Positions 29,308-40,025 of a stretch of 64,000 nt of DNA are shown here, in pieces. Origin of the DNA: a virus; the IMG/VR virus record IMGVR_UViG_3300024999_000045, positions 66,450 through 130,449 of that record; one strand, 5' to 3'. Position 1 is the first letter of the stretch; each line of letters opens with the position of its first letter. Below the pieces are notes generated by a model. That model had not been told where the DNA came from, did not search any database, and saw nothing but the letters and a program-made list of their open reading frames with translations. Both the position numbers and the translations under genes were made by a program.

Positions 29308-29431
29308 AATTTAACCTCCATATATAATATTATTATTTACAATATCAAACATTATATTACATATGGGAATTTATTGCAACGTTGTCAATAGGTTTTATGG
29401 AATTTTAGTCGTTTTGGTTGATGTTATATTT

Positions 29432-30439
29432 TTATTTATCTTTTAAATCACTCATCATTTGTTTGATTTTATCTCTTGTTTCAGCTTTAGACTTAGGTTT
29501 AACATAACTCTGACGAGTGGTTTCTATTGATTTATGATTTCCAATTTCAGCAGCAAGACTAATGTCCCCAGTTTTTTCAGTAATCATATTAAGAGTTGTT
29601 TTTCTAATACAATGGGCATGAAAATCTTCAATGCCTAATATTTTTCCCATTTTACGAATTCTATTTTGTAACGTACCTTTTTTCATTGCATTATATTGGT
29701 TATTATATCTTGAAATAAACAAAGAATCTATTTCTAAATTATCCATTTCTTTTCTCATTTCCAACCATTCATTAATTAAATCTCTAGTTGATTCAGAAAA
29801 TGCAACTTCTACTCTATATCCTCTTTTTTCTCTAATATCTTTAAACAACATATTTTCTAAATCAAAAGAACTAAGAATTAATTTTTCTAAAGCACCTATT
29901 CTATTTGCACTATCTAATGCAATCTCAAATAATATTTTATCTTGAATATCAAACTTTGTACTATCTTTTAGTCCTTCTTTTATTCTTTCTACTTCTTCAT
30001 CATTTAAAAAATATGAATTGATTATTTTTTCATCATTAGCACCTTGCATTCTATCTATTTTCTTATCAAAAGGATGCATTGGCACTAATCTTCTTTTCAT
30101 TGACCATAAATAAAATGAAGATATGGCAGCAACTTTATTATTTACTGCTTTTTTATTATTCTTTAATGTATCTACACAAAATCCCATATATCCTTCAATT
30201 ATATCAATAGCATCTTCAAAAAAACTATCTTCATATAATCCAACATTATTCCAATCTTCTGATAAATAAACTAAAAATTGTGTCATATTACTTTTATAAA
30301 CTTTGTAAGTTGTATTTTCTACTTCTTTATTCTTTAAAATACTAGATTTTAGATATTTTTCATACAAAACTAAATTATCTTTATTAATTAAAGCCTTTTT
30401 ATCATCTGTGAAATATCTTATTTTTACAATCTTTCCCAT
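29432..30439 (-). CDS. Tyrosine recombinase
   Basis: Catalytic R (SANRI), HxxR (HCIRKT), H/Y (NHKS...SY); likely start MGKIV after a GGTGGG RBS. Confidence 0.9.
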   Translation of the reverse strand: MGKIVKIRYFTDDKKALINKDNLVLYEKYLKSSILKNKEVENTTYKVYKSNMTQFLVYLSEDWNNVGLYEDSFFEDAIDIIEGYMGFCVDTLKNNKKAVNNKVAAISSFYLWSMKRRLVPMHPFDKKIDRMQGANDEKIINSYFLNDEEVERIKEGLKDSTKFDIQDKILFEIALDSANRIGALEKLILSSFDLENMLFKDIREKRGYRVEVAFSESTRDLINEWLEMRKEMDNLEIDSLFISRYNNQYNAMKKGTLQNRIRKMGKILGIEDFHAHCIRKTTLNMITEKTGDISLAAEIGNHKSIETTRQSYVKPKSKAETRDKIKQMMSDLKDK

Positions 30440-30496
30440 TTTATCCCCACCTATTATTATATTTATATCTATATATAAATTCATTAATTTTCTAAT

Positions 30497-30961
30497 TTAC
30501 TTCAGACTTAATTTAAGTCCAGTCATTGTCATTCCTTTTTTAAACGATAACAATAATTTTCCACTTTTTAAATCATCTCTTGTATTTTGTGTAAAAGGTC
30601 TTGGCTTTTCATATTCATAAGGTGATTTACCAAACATATCTCCAGTAAAATCATAACCTTCGCCAGTTTCTACTACTCTTGCAATATTTTTACCAGTAAA
30701 ATCATCTTCTCTGACATTGGTTATAATTACACCATTTTGTAGAGTATTTCTGTCAATTTCAATATCTTCTAATAATCCACCAGTGCGTTCATATTTATGT
30801 GGACTTTCACTTTGGCTATCATATTGATCATAAACATCTGTTTGAATATGTTCTTGCATCAAAAGTTTAACATCTTCAGCCACAACCGTATCTAAAACTA
30901 CTTTTAGCTGTTTATCAACGTATTTTGCCAATTCAGCCATATTTTTAAAGGTTTTGCCCAT
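30497..30961 (-). CDS. Virion morphogenesis protein (gp10-like neck/tail completion)
   Basis: YERTGGL and PRPF motifs; synteny. Confidence 0.55.
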   Translation of the reverse strand: MGKTFKNMAELAKYVDKQLKVVLDTVVAEDVKLLMQEHIQTDVYDQYDSQSESPHKYERTGGLLEDIEIDRNTLQNGVIITNVREDDFTGKNIARVVETGEGYDFTGDMFGKSPYEYEKPRPFTQNTRDDLKSGKLLLSFKKGMTMTGLKLSLK

Positions 30962-31088
30962 TTTATCACCTTTTCTTCAAATGGTATTATTTACCAACCT
31001 TGAAACCCTTGGTATTAAAGGGTTTCAAAATCAGTTTTTTAGATAAAATCACTCTTTTATTGAAAGTTATATTTCTCAATAATTATGT

Positions 31089-31418
31089 TTATATTGGTCT
31101 AGAAATCAATTCTGGCTTAACAATTATAATAACTGGATTATTTATTGAAATCTCTGTTTGATTACTATAAATAATCTCAAGTTCTGTAATATATGAACCG
31201 CTAATAGCTGTATCTTCTCTAGTTAAAATATACATACATTCGGCAGCATTAGCATCTGTGATGCTACATTCCCTTATTAATACTGTTTCTGTATTTTTTT
31301 CTTTCATTTTAAAATAAACCATAGCACCATAAAGTGATTCAACTCTGCTATCTTTTTTAATTGTAAATATTAGTTTAATATTATTGTCGAATTGATTAAC
31401 TTCAATTTTGCTTGCCAT
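31089..31418 (-). CDS. BppU-N-like baseplate/adaptor protein
   Basis: ITDANAAECMYILTREDTAISGSYITELEI pattern. Confidence 0.6.
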   Translation of the reverse strand: MASKIEVNQFDNNIKLIFTIKKDSRVESLYGAMVYFKMKEKNTETVLIRECSITDANAAECMYILTREDTAISGSYITELEIIYSNQTEISINNPVIIIVKPELISRPI

Positions 31419-31933
31419 TATAGATTCACCTCAATTCTGTATTCCGAAGTGCATTCACAATCAATGTAGTAATATTTCTCATTGACTGGTAATTTTACAT
31501 CAACTTTTAAATTATTATCTTGATTCTCACCAAGAGATATTTGACTAGACTCACCAGTATCTTGAATTCCCATTAATTTAATATCATAACCACTACCATC
31601 AATTAACATCTCGTATTCTTGAGGTGTCCAAGGTAGTGTGACAAAAGGACTTCCGTAATCTTCTTCACCCTCTGCTTTTCTGTATATTAAAATTTTAGGA
31701 ACTGGCTCACCATACCAAGTAATTTTGATATGGTTTTTATCTATCAATTCCGTATCAAAGAATATTCTGCTTTTAATACTTTCAAGTATATTAAAACTAG
31801 CAATCTGCCAATCTATAACTCTTTCTTCAATAATAAAGCCTTGAAGTATAAATGCAGTTTCTCTTATTGGAAATTTAATACTAGTTACTTGTGCGGTCTC
31901 ACGTAAGGGAAATTTAATTGATAATTGAGTCAT
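31418..31933 (-). CDS. Structural protein (FN3-like)
   Basis: ORF track; synteny. Confidence 0.5.
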   Translation of the reverse strand: MTQLSIKFPLRETAQVTSIKFPIRETAFILQGFIIEERVIDWQIASFNILESIKSRIFFDTELIDKNHIKITWYGEPVPKILIYRKAEGEEDYGSPFVTLPWTPQEYEMLIDGSGYDIKLMGIQDTGESSQISLGENQDNNLKVDVKLPVNEKYYYIDCECTSEYRIEVNL

Positions 31934-31946
31934 TTATATTCCCCCC

Positions 31947-33038
31947 CTATACCTCTATTGGATCATAAAATAATTCCATTGCAGAATTATAAACTTTTTG
32001 GTCTTCTGCGCCATCACCCATAATAGTACGAATATAAACTTTTCCATTTATATCTTTAGAATATGAAGTAGACTTTTTTATTTCATAGATTCCTGTTGTA
32101 ATTCCGCTGCCAGGTATAAGTGAAGCGCCACCAGAAAAAGGATAGGTATTCAAAGTATCAATATATGAATAAACTACAGTTGTAGTGCCCCAACCTAAAG
32201 GAGTGTCTGTATCAGATACATTATTAACCCAAATTTTAATTTCAGGCAATCCATTTGCATTTGTAAATACTTTAAACCTTAAAGGCATAAAATCAATCCA
32301 ATTAAATGTTTGACTAGTAAATAAAATTGTTCCAAAATCAAAAGCACCACTTAATTTTATACCTGCGCCTTTTCTTATTTCAAAAAATGCGGTATTAATA
32401 TTGGTAGTAGGATTATATATTCTTTTAATATTAACCAAATAACCTTTTTCATCACCAAGACAATTCATTCTAAATCCGAACATTAAAAACGCGGAACCCG
32501 AAATTGCGTTCGCTGTAAAGTTCATATTATAAGTTACATCAAAATTTTCTTGATTTCCCCATCCGTTTGAGTTTGCTTTACCATAAAACGAAGCTAACCC
32601 AGTTTCCCCTTGGCAGGTCAAGCTAGAACCAGTCCATTTCCACAATGTTCCAACTCTTGCTAGAGGAATCCAATTAGAAGTTTGTGGGTTTGTAAAATCA
32701 TCTACTGTTTTATTTAATCCAATAAGAGTTTGTCCTGCTGGTATGTTAGGCAAACTTAAAGTTTCAACAAATCCTTCATCTGGTAACATACTAAAAGTTT
32801 TCCAATTAGAAGCTAATGTTTCTGAAGAATATTCTTCAGCAGCAACATCAATTAGAGAATTTAAAGTTGACCCAGTAATCGAAAGATTATTTGCGTCATT
32901 TGTTCCTAAATTTTTAACTATAACAGGAGCGATATTTGGTTGGTTTTTACGTATAATACCAAAATCATGTCCACCAGTAACTTTATCCAAACTTATTTCA
33001 ACATCTTCTAAGTCAAAAAATTTTATATCAATTGCCAT
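31947..33038 (-). CDS. Tail structural protein, paralog of the intron-split gene upstream
   Basis: N-terminal 100 aa aligns with the 34747..35166 product; lectin-like beta-sandwich centre. Confidence 0.6.
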   Translation of the reverse strand: MAIDIKFFDLEDVEISLDKVTGGHDFGIIRKNQPNIAPVIVKNLGTNDANNLSITGSTLNSLIDVAAEEYSSETLASNWKTFSMLPDEGFVETLSLPNIPAGQTLIGLNKTVDDFTNPQTSNWIPLARVGTLWKWTGSSLTCQGETGLASFYGKANSNGWGNQENFDVTYNMNFTANAISGSAFLMFGFRMNCLGDEKGYLVNIKRIYNPTTNINTAFFEIRKGAGIKLSGAFDFGTILFTSQTFNWIDFMPLRFKVFTNANGLPEIKIWVNNVSDTDTPLGWGTTTVVYSYIDTLNTYPFSGGASLIPGSGITTGIYEIKKSTSYSKDINGKVYIRTIMGDGAEDQKVYNSAMELFYDPIEV

Positions 33039-35166
33039 TACTGTGCACCTCCAGCATCTACTTTAAATATACTATATTGTCCACCGAATAAACTTGTAGT
33101 AGATAATACATTATCTTTTACCCATACAATTCCGTCTTGTGTTGGTACTTCCATTTTAATATCATCATAATAAACTAATATACTTCCAGAACCAGGATGA
33201 CTTCCTAAAACTGGTTTAGCAGAATTAATATATGTATTTGCATTATCAACCCAAGAATATAAAGGGTCAGTAGATAATTCATTTTGATACCAAAAATCAA
33301 ATCTGTTTCCAGTTAATTTAACTTTGAAATAATCATGAGTCCCACGAACACCTACAGTTCCAGATTGATATAATAAACTCCAAGCGCTAACACCACTTGA
33401 AAATTTACCACTCCAAACCTGAATAACACCTTGATTTTGTGGTATTAATCCACCGAAATATTGTGCTTGTCCTTGAATTAAAACAATATATCCAGTGTCA
33501 TAATCGCCAATATCTCGTAAAATATATCCAGCATAAACTCCGTCACGAACAGTTAATTTTGTTGAAAATGCGAAATCAGTAGCAGATGCCAGCCCACCCC
33601 ATAATGCTCTTGAATGTTCTGAATCTGTATTGTGTTGGAGCCAACCATTGTAAACTTTTATATTCGCATATATTCGCTAAATATATGCCGTTCTCTAAGG
33701 AACTGCTTATGCTTTCACATAAGAATAGACTATATCATCATCTATTTATAATAGACGCTTACCACTTCCACCACCAATCGCTTGTGATGTACTAAGTTTA
33801 TATTAAATTATATTTTTGAGAAAATTCTAAGCTTTTATTTATACGGTTTGGAACATACTGCATGTTGAATTTATAATAAAAATCTTTAGGTATATATTTT
33901 AAATAATCCCTAACTAAATCATAAAATTTACGAAATGCAGTAGCATTAAAATAAATTCTATAATAGATTTTACCTTTATATTTTTCAAATCCAGAATTGT
34001 CAGTGTGTATTCTTAGGTCTATATCAAACCTATTTTTAAACATATTTACAATTTTTACATTTTCTTCATAGGTAAATGATTGAGTATTTAAATATCCAAA
34101 CCTTTTACCTGCATTATTCCTAAAAGAAACATGCCATTGTCCATCGTCTAAAAACCAAAACAACAAACCTAGTTTATTAATGTTATTTAAAACATAATCA
34201 GAAACTATTTTTTTATTTTCCTTATTAAAAAATTTATTTTCTGTTTCAAAATAAAATCTCTTTGAAACCCATAAATTTGTTTGGGTATACATAATTTCCC
34301 CAAAGGTTGTCTTCTTAATAAAGTCCTTTTTAATTGTGCTTCTTAATCTCTGATTAAATATATTAAACAACCATTCACAATAAAATTTTTGTTTATTGGT
34401 ATGATATATTTTTATTACTCCACCTTCTTTTGAATAATATCCGTCGCCTAATAATAAACCGTATAAAGCAAAGCTTATATCTTTGTCACTCATATTTTTA
34501 ATTTCCTCATTCATGTGAATACTCACTCCTTTTATAATATAAACTCTTAGTCGTTGAACTTTACTCTATTCGAGTCTTAGCTGCTGATCGTCCATTGTAT
34601 TAACACTTAGGATTTAACCATATGTCATACACATTTGTTTTTTCTACTTTCGTAACATTCACGCTTGGTTTTATTTCATACCTACGTTGTAGTCAATGTG
34701 TCTTTGGGATGTTCCAGCAGTTCAATAAGTTTTCTATGCTAATTGCTTAACATAGGAAGCAAGTTACTTCCCATACATATTCATTCCCACCCCAAACAAT
34801 CCAGTTTTGGTCTGGTTTTGTTCCAGCAGCAGTTGAATATTGACTAAAATCTTCAAAATATATATCTTTTCCAGGCATCCATGAATTTGCAGGAATATCT
34901 GGTACTTGTAATAAGGTTGTAAAATCTGAACTCTTACTTAAACTTAAATTTTTCCATTGTTTAGCCTCTAAATAATTTTTACCAGTTTGGAAATATTCTT
35001 CGATAGAAACTTGAGGTGTAATTGCTGTTTCATCACCAGCATTAAAAATAGCAATGGGGACTTTTTTCTCAGTCCCCTTAAAAATGCTACCTAAATTTAA
35101 ATTACTATCAATTCTTGTTTTCAAACCAGAGGCTTCTTCTATTACATAAAATTGCAAATCAATCAT
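33038..35166 (-). CDS. Tail structural protein of about 338 aa split by a group I intron; exon 2 (about 33653-33038) is missing from the ORF track
   Basis: Exon 2 frame YNGWLQHNTD...DAGGAQ* is open for about 205 codons and its stop overlaps the next ATG; paralogy to 31947..33038. Confidence 0.75.
33655..34765 (-). mobile_element. Group I intron carrying a LAGLIDADG ORF between the two P7 strands (P8 region)
   Basis: P1 GAAGU/GCUUC; P4 UGCUGG/UCAGCA; P7 GACUA...UAGUC flanking the ORF; 3' end ...GAATATAAAAG. Confidence 0.85.
33798..34526 (-). CDS. Intron-encoded LAGLIDADG homing endonuclease
   Basis: LYGLLLGDG and FWFLDDG motifs. Confidence 0.9.
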   Translation of the reverse strand: MSIHMNEEIKNMSDKDISFALYGLLLGDGYYSKEGGVIKIYHTNKQKFYCEWLFNIFNQRLRSTIKKDFIKKTTFGEIMYTQTNLWVSKRFYFETENKFFNKENKKIVSDYVLNNINKLGLLFWFLDDGQWHVSFRNNAGKRFGYLNTQSFTYEENVKIVNMFKNRFDIDLRIHTDNSGFEKYKGKIYYRIYFNATAFRKFYDLVRDYLKYIPKDFYYKFNMQYVPNRINKSLEFSQKYNLI

Positions 35167-35184
35167 TTATTAGCCTCCTACTTA

Positions 35185-38100
35185 CTAAATATTTGTTTTC
35201 AATGCTCTTGTAGCAAGACCTAATAAAACTACTGGGTCATCACCAAATCTAGGCACATCAACAAGTATTTCAATTTTATTTATACCACCAGCATCAATTT
35301 TGTTGTTTATATGGTCTTCAAAACCTTTATTATCAATAGAAAACTTAATATCTAATCCATCTTCTTGTTTAGGATACAAAGAATAAATTAAAGGTTGAGT
35401 TCCTATATTTTTAATATATCTAGTAGTACTTTTTTGTCTTCCTCTATTAACATTTTTAAACTCAATAAAATAAGTCTTATTCAGCGTATCAGTGCCAAAA
35501 AGACTTTCTTCAATAGTACATTCTGGGTCAATATATAAAGTAACCCCACTTTTTAATGATTTAAATATTGATAAAGGTATTGCTTCTGCCATTAATTTAT
35601 AACCAACATCATCTGGATGAACACCAGAACCACGTCTTATTAAATTACTATATTCATCAAATCTACTATCACCATCATATAATGGATTTAAATTACCTGG
35701 AACATTTGGTTCTTCAAGAGGTGTAGGTGGAATGTTTTCTTTACCAGCATTATAAAAATCAACATAATATACATCATCACGACTATTACAATAATTTATA
35801 ATCCAAGTATTAAAATCCCATAATGCAGTTCTATAAATTCCTTGTGCGGTAGTTCTAGGAATTAATGTTCCAATAATTGGTACTATATTATTTGCAATTG
35901 ACAACTCAACCATTTCAATTAAATTATCTTTTGCTAAATCCATTTTGTATATTAAATATTCTACATTGTCTTTATTCTCAGCCATTGCCCAATAAAGGTC
36001 GTTTGTTCCGCCTTGTAATACTACATAATTAGGAGATTTAGAAATGACATCTCTCTCAAATCTATCTAACATTCTTTGTGTTGTATCAGAACCATAACCA
36101 TTATTTAATACTATAAAGTCATCCTTTAATCTTCTTTGTAACCAATATTGATATTGAGAAGTTATCCGACCAGTTCCAGATTCAGCCCAATATCCAGGGT
36201 GCCCAGCAGTTATACTATCACCAAGAGTACAAACTGTTATCTTTCTGATTTCCGTTTCAATGGGAACAGCTAATCTATAAGCATTAATTATAGTAGATTC
36301 AATTGGAGCACCATCACTAGATACTGTACTAACATATATAGTATATAAAGGATAATTACTTTGAATTAAATTAGTATTACTAATAGCCATAGAATTTGTA
36401 AATTTAGAACTAACATTTTGGTTAGAAATTGCTGCGCTTAAATAACCATTCTCAAATCTTAATCCCGTATTTGTTGATGCAATTTCTATAAATCCATTTT
36501 CATATCTGACATCTTCAGTAATTATAGTTTCATTTAATACATAACTAGTTTTGGTATCAGAATTACTAACAGCCATTTCATTATCATATTTTATAGTAGT
36601 TGGATAATATGTAGCAGTTGAAATTACATAATTATCATCAAACCTTAAAGCATAAGACAATGTAATTGTGTCTATTCCAGTTGAAAATGTTGTATCAACC
36701 GTCCAAGTTATTGTATCAACTTCATAAGACTGTTTTAAGTTTATATTACTTACGTAAGTGTCTATATAATTTTCAGTAATAGTTTCATTTATAACAAAGG
36801 TATTAATTGGTTCTTTACAATAAGTTATTGCAAATGCAAAAGTTTCGGTTGGTTCAGATATTAACCCACCAACATAATTTGCTTTCATATAACAAGAAAA
36901 TTCAATAACATCTTCGGGTATAATTATTTCATAAAAATTATTAGTAGTTGTAATACTGTCTTCAACACTATTAAATATATAGAATATCTCATAATTATTT
37001 ATATAATCTACAGTATCCCAAGTTAACATTAAACCATTTTCAGTACGTTCTCTTTTAAAATTACTAGGAGTTACTGGCTCAACTAAAACATACATTATTT
37101 CAATAGTAGAACTATAATTGCTTTCCTCTAATAAATTAGAAGATTTAACTTTACCAACTATAGTATCAAGATGTTCAGTGACAGTTACTTCATAATAATT
37201 ATTAGAAGTTTCAATTACTGTTTCTACCCCACCATTTATAGTGTAAGCAAATTTATATCCAGAGCCGTCTACACTTGTAGAGTCCCAAGTAAATCTAGCA
37301 ATTCCGCTACCATTCCAGTTAACACAAAGATTAGTAGGAATTTGTAATGGTTGATAAGTTGTAGAACTTGCAATTACTACTCTTGAAGAAAACCCTTCAT
37401 ATCCATTATTTGTATAAAATAAGTTTAAATTAATAGTTGATCCTAAAGCTAATGGAATATTAAAAGCAGTAGTTCCAACTGTAATAGTTTCTACAATTTC
37501 TAGTCCACCATCAATTGAATATTTTAACTTTAATCCATCATCTATTAATGAATTATCAGACCAAGCAAGGTTAATATTATTAGTAACACTATCATATTTC
37601 CATTGTATTATACTTGGCGGCATTAATAATATCGCCGATGTAGAATATGCACTTTGTCCAATGCTATTATAATGTGCTAAACTAATATCCAATTTTTCTT
37701 GAACACTAGATTTTGGTATTGTTAATATATATTGATAAGCATCACCAATTGTTATTATAGAAGTTGATGGGACGCTTATAATATTTTCCGTACCATTATC
37801 AACAATATATTTTAATTTATATCCATCTTCATTAACTGAATTATCATCAAAATTAACTGTTATATCCCAATCTGTTCCGTTTTCTACAATAGAAGTTGTA
37901 ACATTGGTTACTAAATTTCTAGGAGATGATTTTGTTGTTAATGTATTAGAATTTTCTGATTCACTATTACCATAAGTATCAGTTATATAAGCAACAACAT
38001 AAACACTTTGATTAACTTCTTCAGTATAATTAAATATATAACTAGTTTCTATAGTATCTATTATGTTTATACTTCCAAGATAATCAGTAATATATAATTT

Positions 38101-39645
38101 ATATCCAGTAGCACCAGTTACAGCATTCCAAGAATAAGTTACTTTATCTAAATTATCTTCAATAAGTTGATTAATAATTGTAGAATCTACTAAAGTTAAT
38201 CCCCAAGTTGTATAAGCAGATGAACCTTGTGAGTTAGTTGCTCTAATTAAATATTCATATAAAGAATTATAAGAATAAACAATTTCATCTAAATATGTAT
38301 TTGTATTAGGTGATAAACTAGTTAAAATAGTTTCAATTTCTCCACTATTTACTTTTCTATATATTTCATAATTAGCTTCTAGAGTTGAATTATCTGTCCA
38401 GTCAAGTTGGAATCCACTTGGTAATTGAGTTATGAATAAATCTGTTGGTGCATTTGGTAATGTGTTAATTGCTACTAAACTAGATTTATCTGATTCAGAA
38501 TCAACGGTATAACTTGTAACAGAAAGATTTAAATTCTGCTCTGATGTACTTGTAAATTGACGCGATAAATCTATTCCTTCATAAACTAGTTCGTCTAAAC
38601 TATTGTATAATCTATAACCATCAACATTTACAACACTATCCCAAGAATAAGTAATATTATAACCTTCTGTTGTTGCTTGTAAATTAGTTGGAGTTGGTAA
38701 TAAAAATATAGATTTTTCTATACCAGTTGATATACCAGTTGCGTTTACTGAAGATACTTTATATTCATAATTTACTCCAGTTAAGTATGAGAAAGTGTCT
38801 GTGTATGTTGTTGTGGATTGATTTAAAGATAATGATACCCAATTACTATCTACTTTCTTATAAACATTAAACCCAGTTTCAATACCAGAATTATCTACCC
38901 AATCAAGTTGAAAACCAGTTTCTAATCTATTAATAGTTAAATTAGTCGGATTATTAGGAATTGTTTTTACATTAATCGTTGCAGTTGCAACAGATTCACC
39001 AATATCATTATATGCAGTTAAATAATATTCATCATTTTGTTCTACTTCAGAAGGTAATTCATAACTTGTTGAAGTTGTAGTATTAAATAAAACATTGTTT
39101 TTATATAAATTATATCCTGTTGTATTAGTAGTCGCAGTCCAAGATAAGGTTGCGTTATAGCCATTGTAAGATTGAGTGAAGTTTGTTGGAACAGATGGTG
39201 GCATAGGTACTAAATCGCCTAAAAGTTGGCACTCCCAACATTGCAGAATCAAACCAGTACACGAACCATCAATTTTAAAATATCTATATCCAATACTAGA
39301 GTTGATAGTAAAGGTTTTCCATGCATTAGAAGTATAAGTTTGGTTACTAAAAGATATAATAGAAGTCCAATTAATACCATCTTGACTACCATATACGGTA
39401 AAATTCATAAAATTTCTATCAATATCAGCGCTACTATAAATACGCAAACTACTTAATGTATATAAATTACCACAATCAACCGCTAACCAACCAACTTTAG
39501 TATTTGCTGGCATCCATTTTGCTGCAATACTATTATCAAATGCTTTATATGGAGCGTATGTTGCGCTATATTGATTACTTGCACTTATAATAAATGGGGT
39601 TGGTGTAGTATCACTTGTCATTATTGGTACTATATTTGTTGCCAT
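35185..39645 (-). CDS. Large tail appendage protein: discoidin/F5-8C-like domain, FN3 repeats, C-terminal SGNH/GDSL esterase
   Basis: ASNQYS...YKAFD...GWLAVD; multiple P.NL....W FN3 repeats; LGDSIT, GYGSDTT, GGTND, GVHP blocks. Confidence 0.8.
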   Translation of the reverse strand: MATNIVPIMTSDTTPTPFIISASNQYSATYAPYKAFDNSIAAKWMPANTKVGWLAVDCGNLYTLSSLRIYSSADIDRNFMNFTVYGSQDGINWTSIISFSNQTYTSNAWKTFTINSSIGYRYFKIDGSCTGLILQCWECQLLGDLVPMPPSVPTNFTQSYNGYNATLSWTATTNTTGYNLYKNNVLFNTTTSTSYELPSEVEQNDEYYLTAYNDIGESVATATINVKTIPNNPTNLTINRLETGFQLDWVDNSGIETGFNVYKKVDSNWVSLSLNQSTTTYTDTFSYLTGVNYEYKVSSVNATGISTGIEKSIFLLPTPTNLQATTEGYNITYSWDSVVNVDGYRLYNSLDELVYEGIDLSRQFTSTSEQNLNLSVTSYTVDSESDKSSLVAINTLPNAPTDLFITQLPSGFQLDWTDNSTLEANYEIYRKVNSGEIETILTSLSPNTNTYLDEIVYSYNSLYEYLIRATNSQGSSAYTTWGLTLVDSTIINQLIEDNLDKVTYSWNAVTGATGYKLYITDYLGSINIIDTIETSYIFNYTEEVNQSVYVVAYITDTYGNSESENSNTLTTKSSPRNLVTNVTTSIVENGTDWDITVNFDDNSVNEDGYKLKYIVDNGTENIISVPSTSIITIGDAYQYILTIPKSSVQEKLDISLAHYNSIGQSAYSTSAILLMPPSIIQWKYDSVTNNINLAWSDNSLIDDGLKLKYSIDGGLEIVETITVGTTAFNIPLALGSTINLNLFYTNNGYEGFSSRVVIASSTTYQPLQIPTNLCVNWNGSGIARFTWDSTSVDGSGYKFAYTINGGVETVIETSNNYYEVTVTEHLDTIVGKVKSSNLLEESNYSSTIEIMYVLVEPVTPSNFKRERTENGLMLTWDTVDYINNYEIFYIFNSVEDSITTTNNFYEIIIPEDVIEFSCYMKANYVGGLISEPTETFAFAITYCKEPINTFVINETITENYIDTYVSNINLKQSYEVDTITWTVDTTFSTGIDTITLSYALRFDDNYVISTATYYPTTIKYDNEMAVSNSDTKTSYVLNETIITEDVRYENGFIEIASTNTGLRFENGYLSAAISNQNVSSKFTNSMAISNTNLIQSNYPLYTIYVSTVSSDGAPIESTIINAYRLAVPIETEIRKITVCTLGDSITAGHPGYWAESGTGRITSQYQYWLQRRLKDDFIVLNNGYGSDTTQRMLDRFERDVISKSPNYVVLQGGTNDLYWAMAENKDNVEYLIYKMDLAKDNLIEMVELSIANNIVPIIGTLIPRTTAQGIYRTALWDFNTWIINYCNSRDDVYYVDFYNAGKENIPPTPLEEPNVPGNLNPLYDGDSRFDEYSNLIRRGSGVHPDDVGYKLMAEAIPLSIFKSLKSGVTLYIDPECTIEESLFGTDTLNKTYFIEFKNVNRGRQKSTTRYIKNIGTQPLIYSLYPKQEDGLDIKFSIDNKGFEDHINNKIDAGGINKIEILVDVPRFGDDPVVLLGLATRALKTNI

Positions 39646-39719
39646 TTAAAAATCCACCTCCTTCTTAAAAATTTTAAATAAAATAGGATTTTTATTTAAA
39701 AAAATAAAGGACAAGTCAT

Positions 39720-40007
39720 TTAAACTTGCCCTTCTTTAAATTCTATTGCCATTTCTATAATTCTTTCATCACTAACTATGTTATTAGTTAATTCATATTC
39801 TTCTTCAATTGTTATTCTACTTGAACATTGAATATTTAATTTTTCTATAATTAATTTTGCCATTTGTTTTGCAGTTTCTAAATCTTGAAATGATACGTTT
39901 TCATAGTTAGGGGAAATGTGTTGTCTGATAAATAATTTTCCACTTTTTAAAATTTCGTAACCATAAGTTCCATCATTTTCAAGTAATATACAATATGTGT
40001 ATTCCAT
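39720..40007 (-). CDS. Small tail-associated protein (DUF4907-like pattern)
   Basis: GTYGYEIL...FIRQ...F...ETAKQMAKLIIEKL; family assignment from memory only. Confidence 0.45.
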   Translation of the reverse strand: MEYTYCILLENDGTYGYEILKSGKLFIRQHISPNYENVSFQDLETAKQMAKLIIEKLNIQCSSRITIEEEYELTNNIVSDERIIEMAIEFKEGQV

Positions 40008-40025
40008 TTAAAATCCTCCTTAAAA

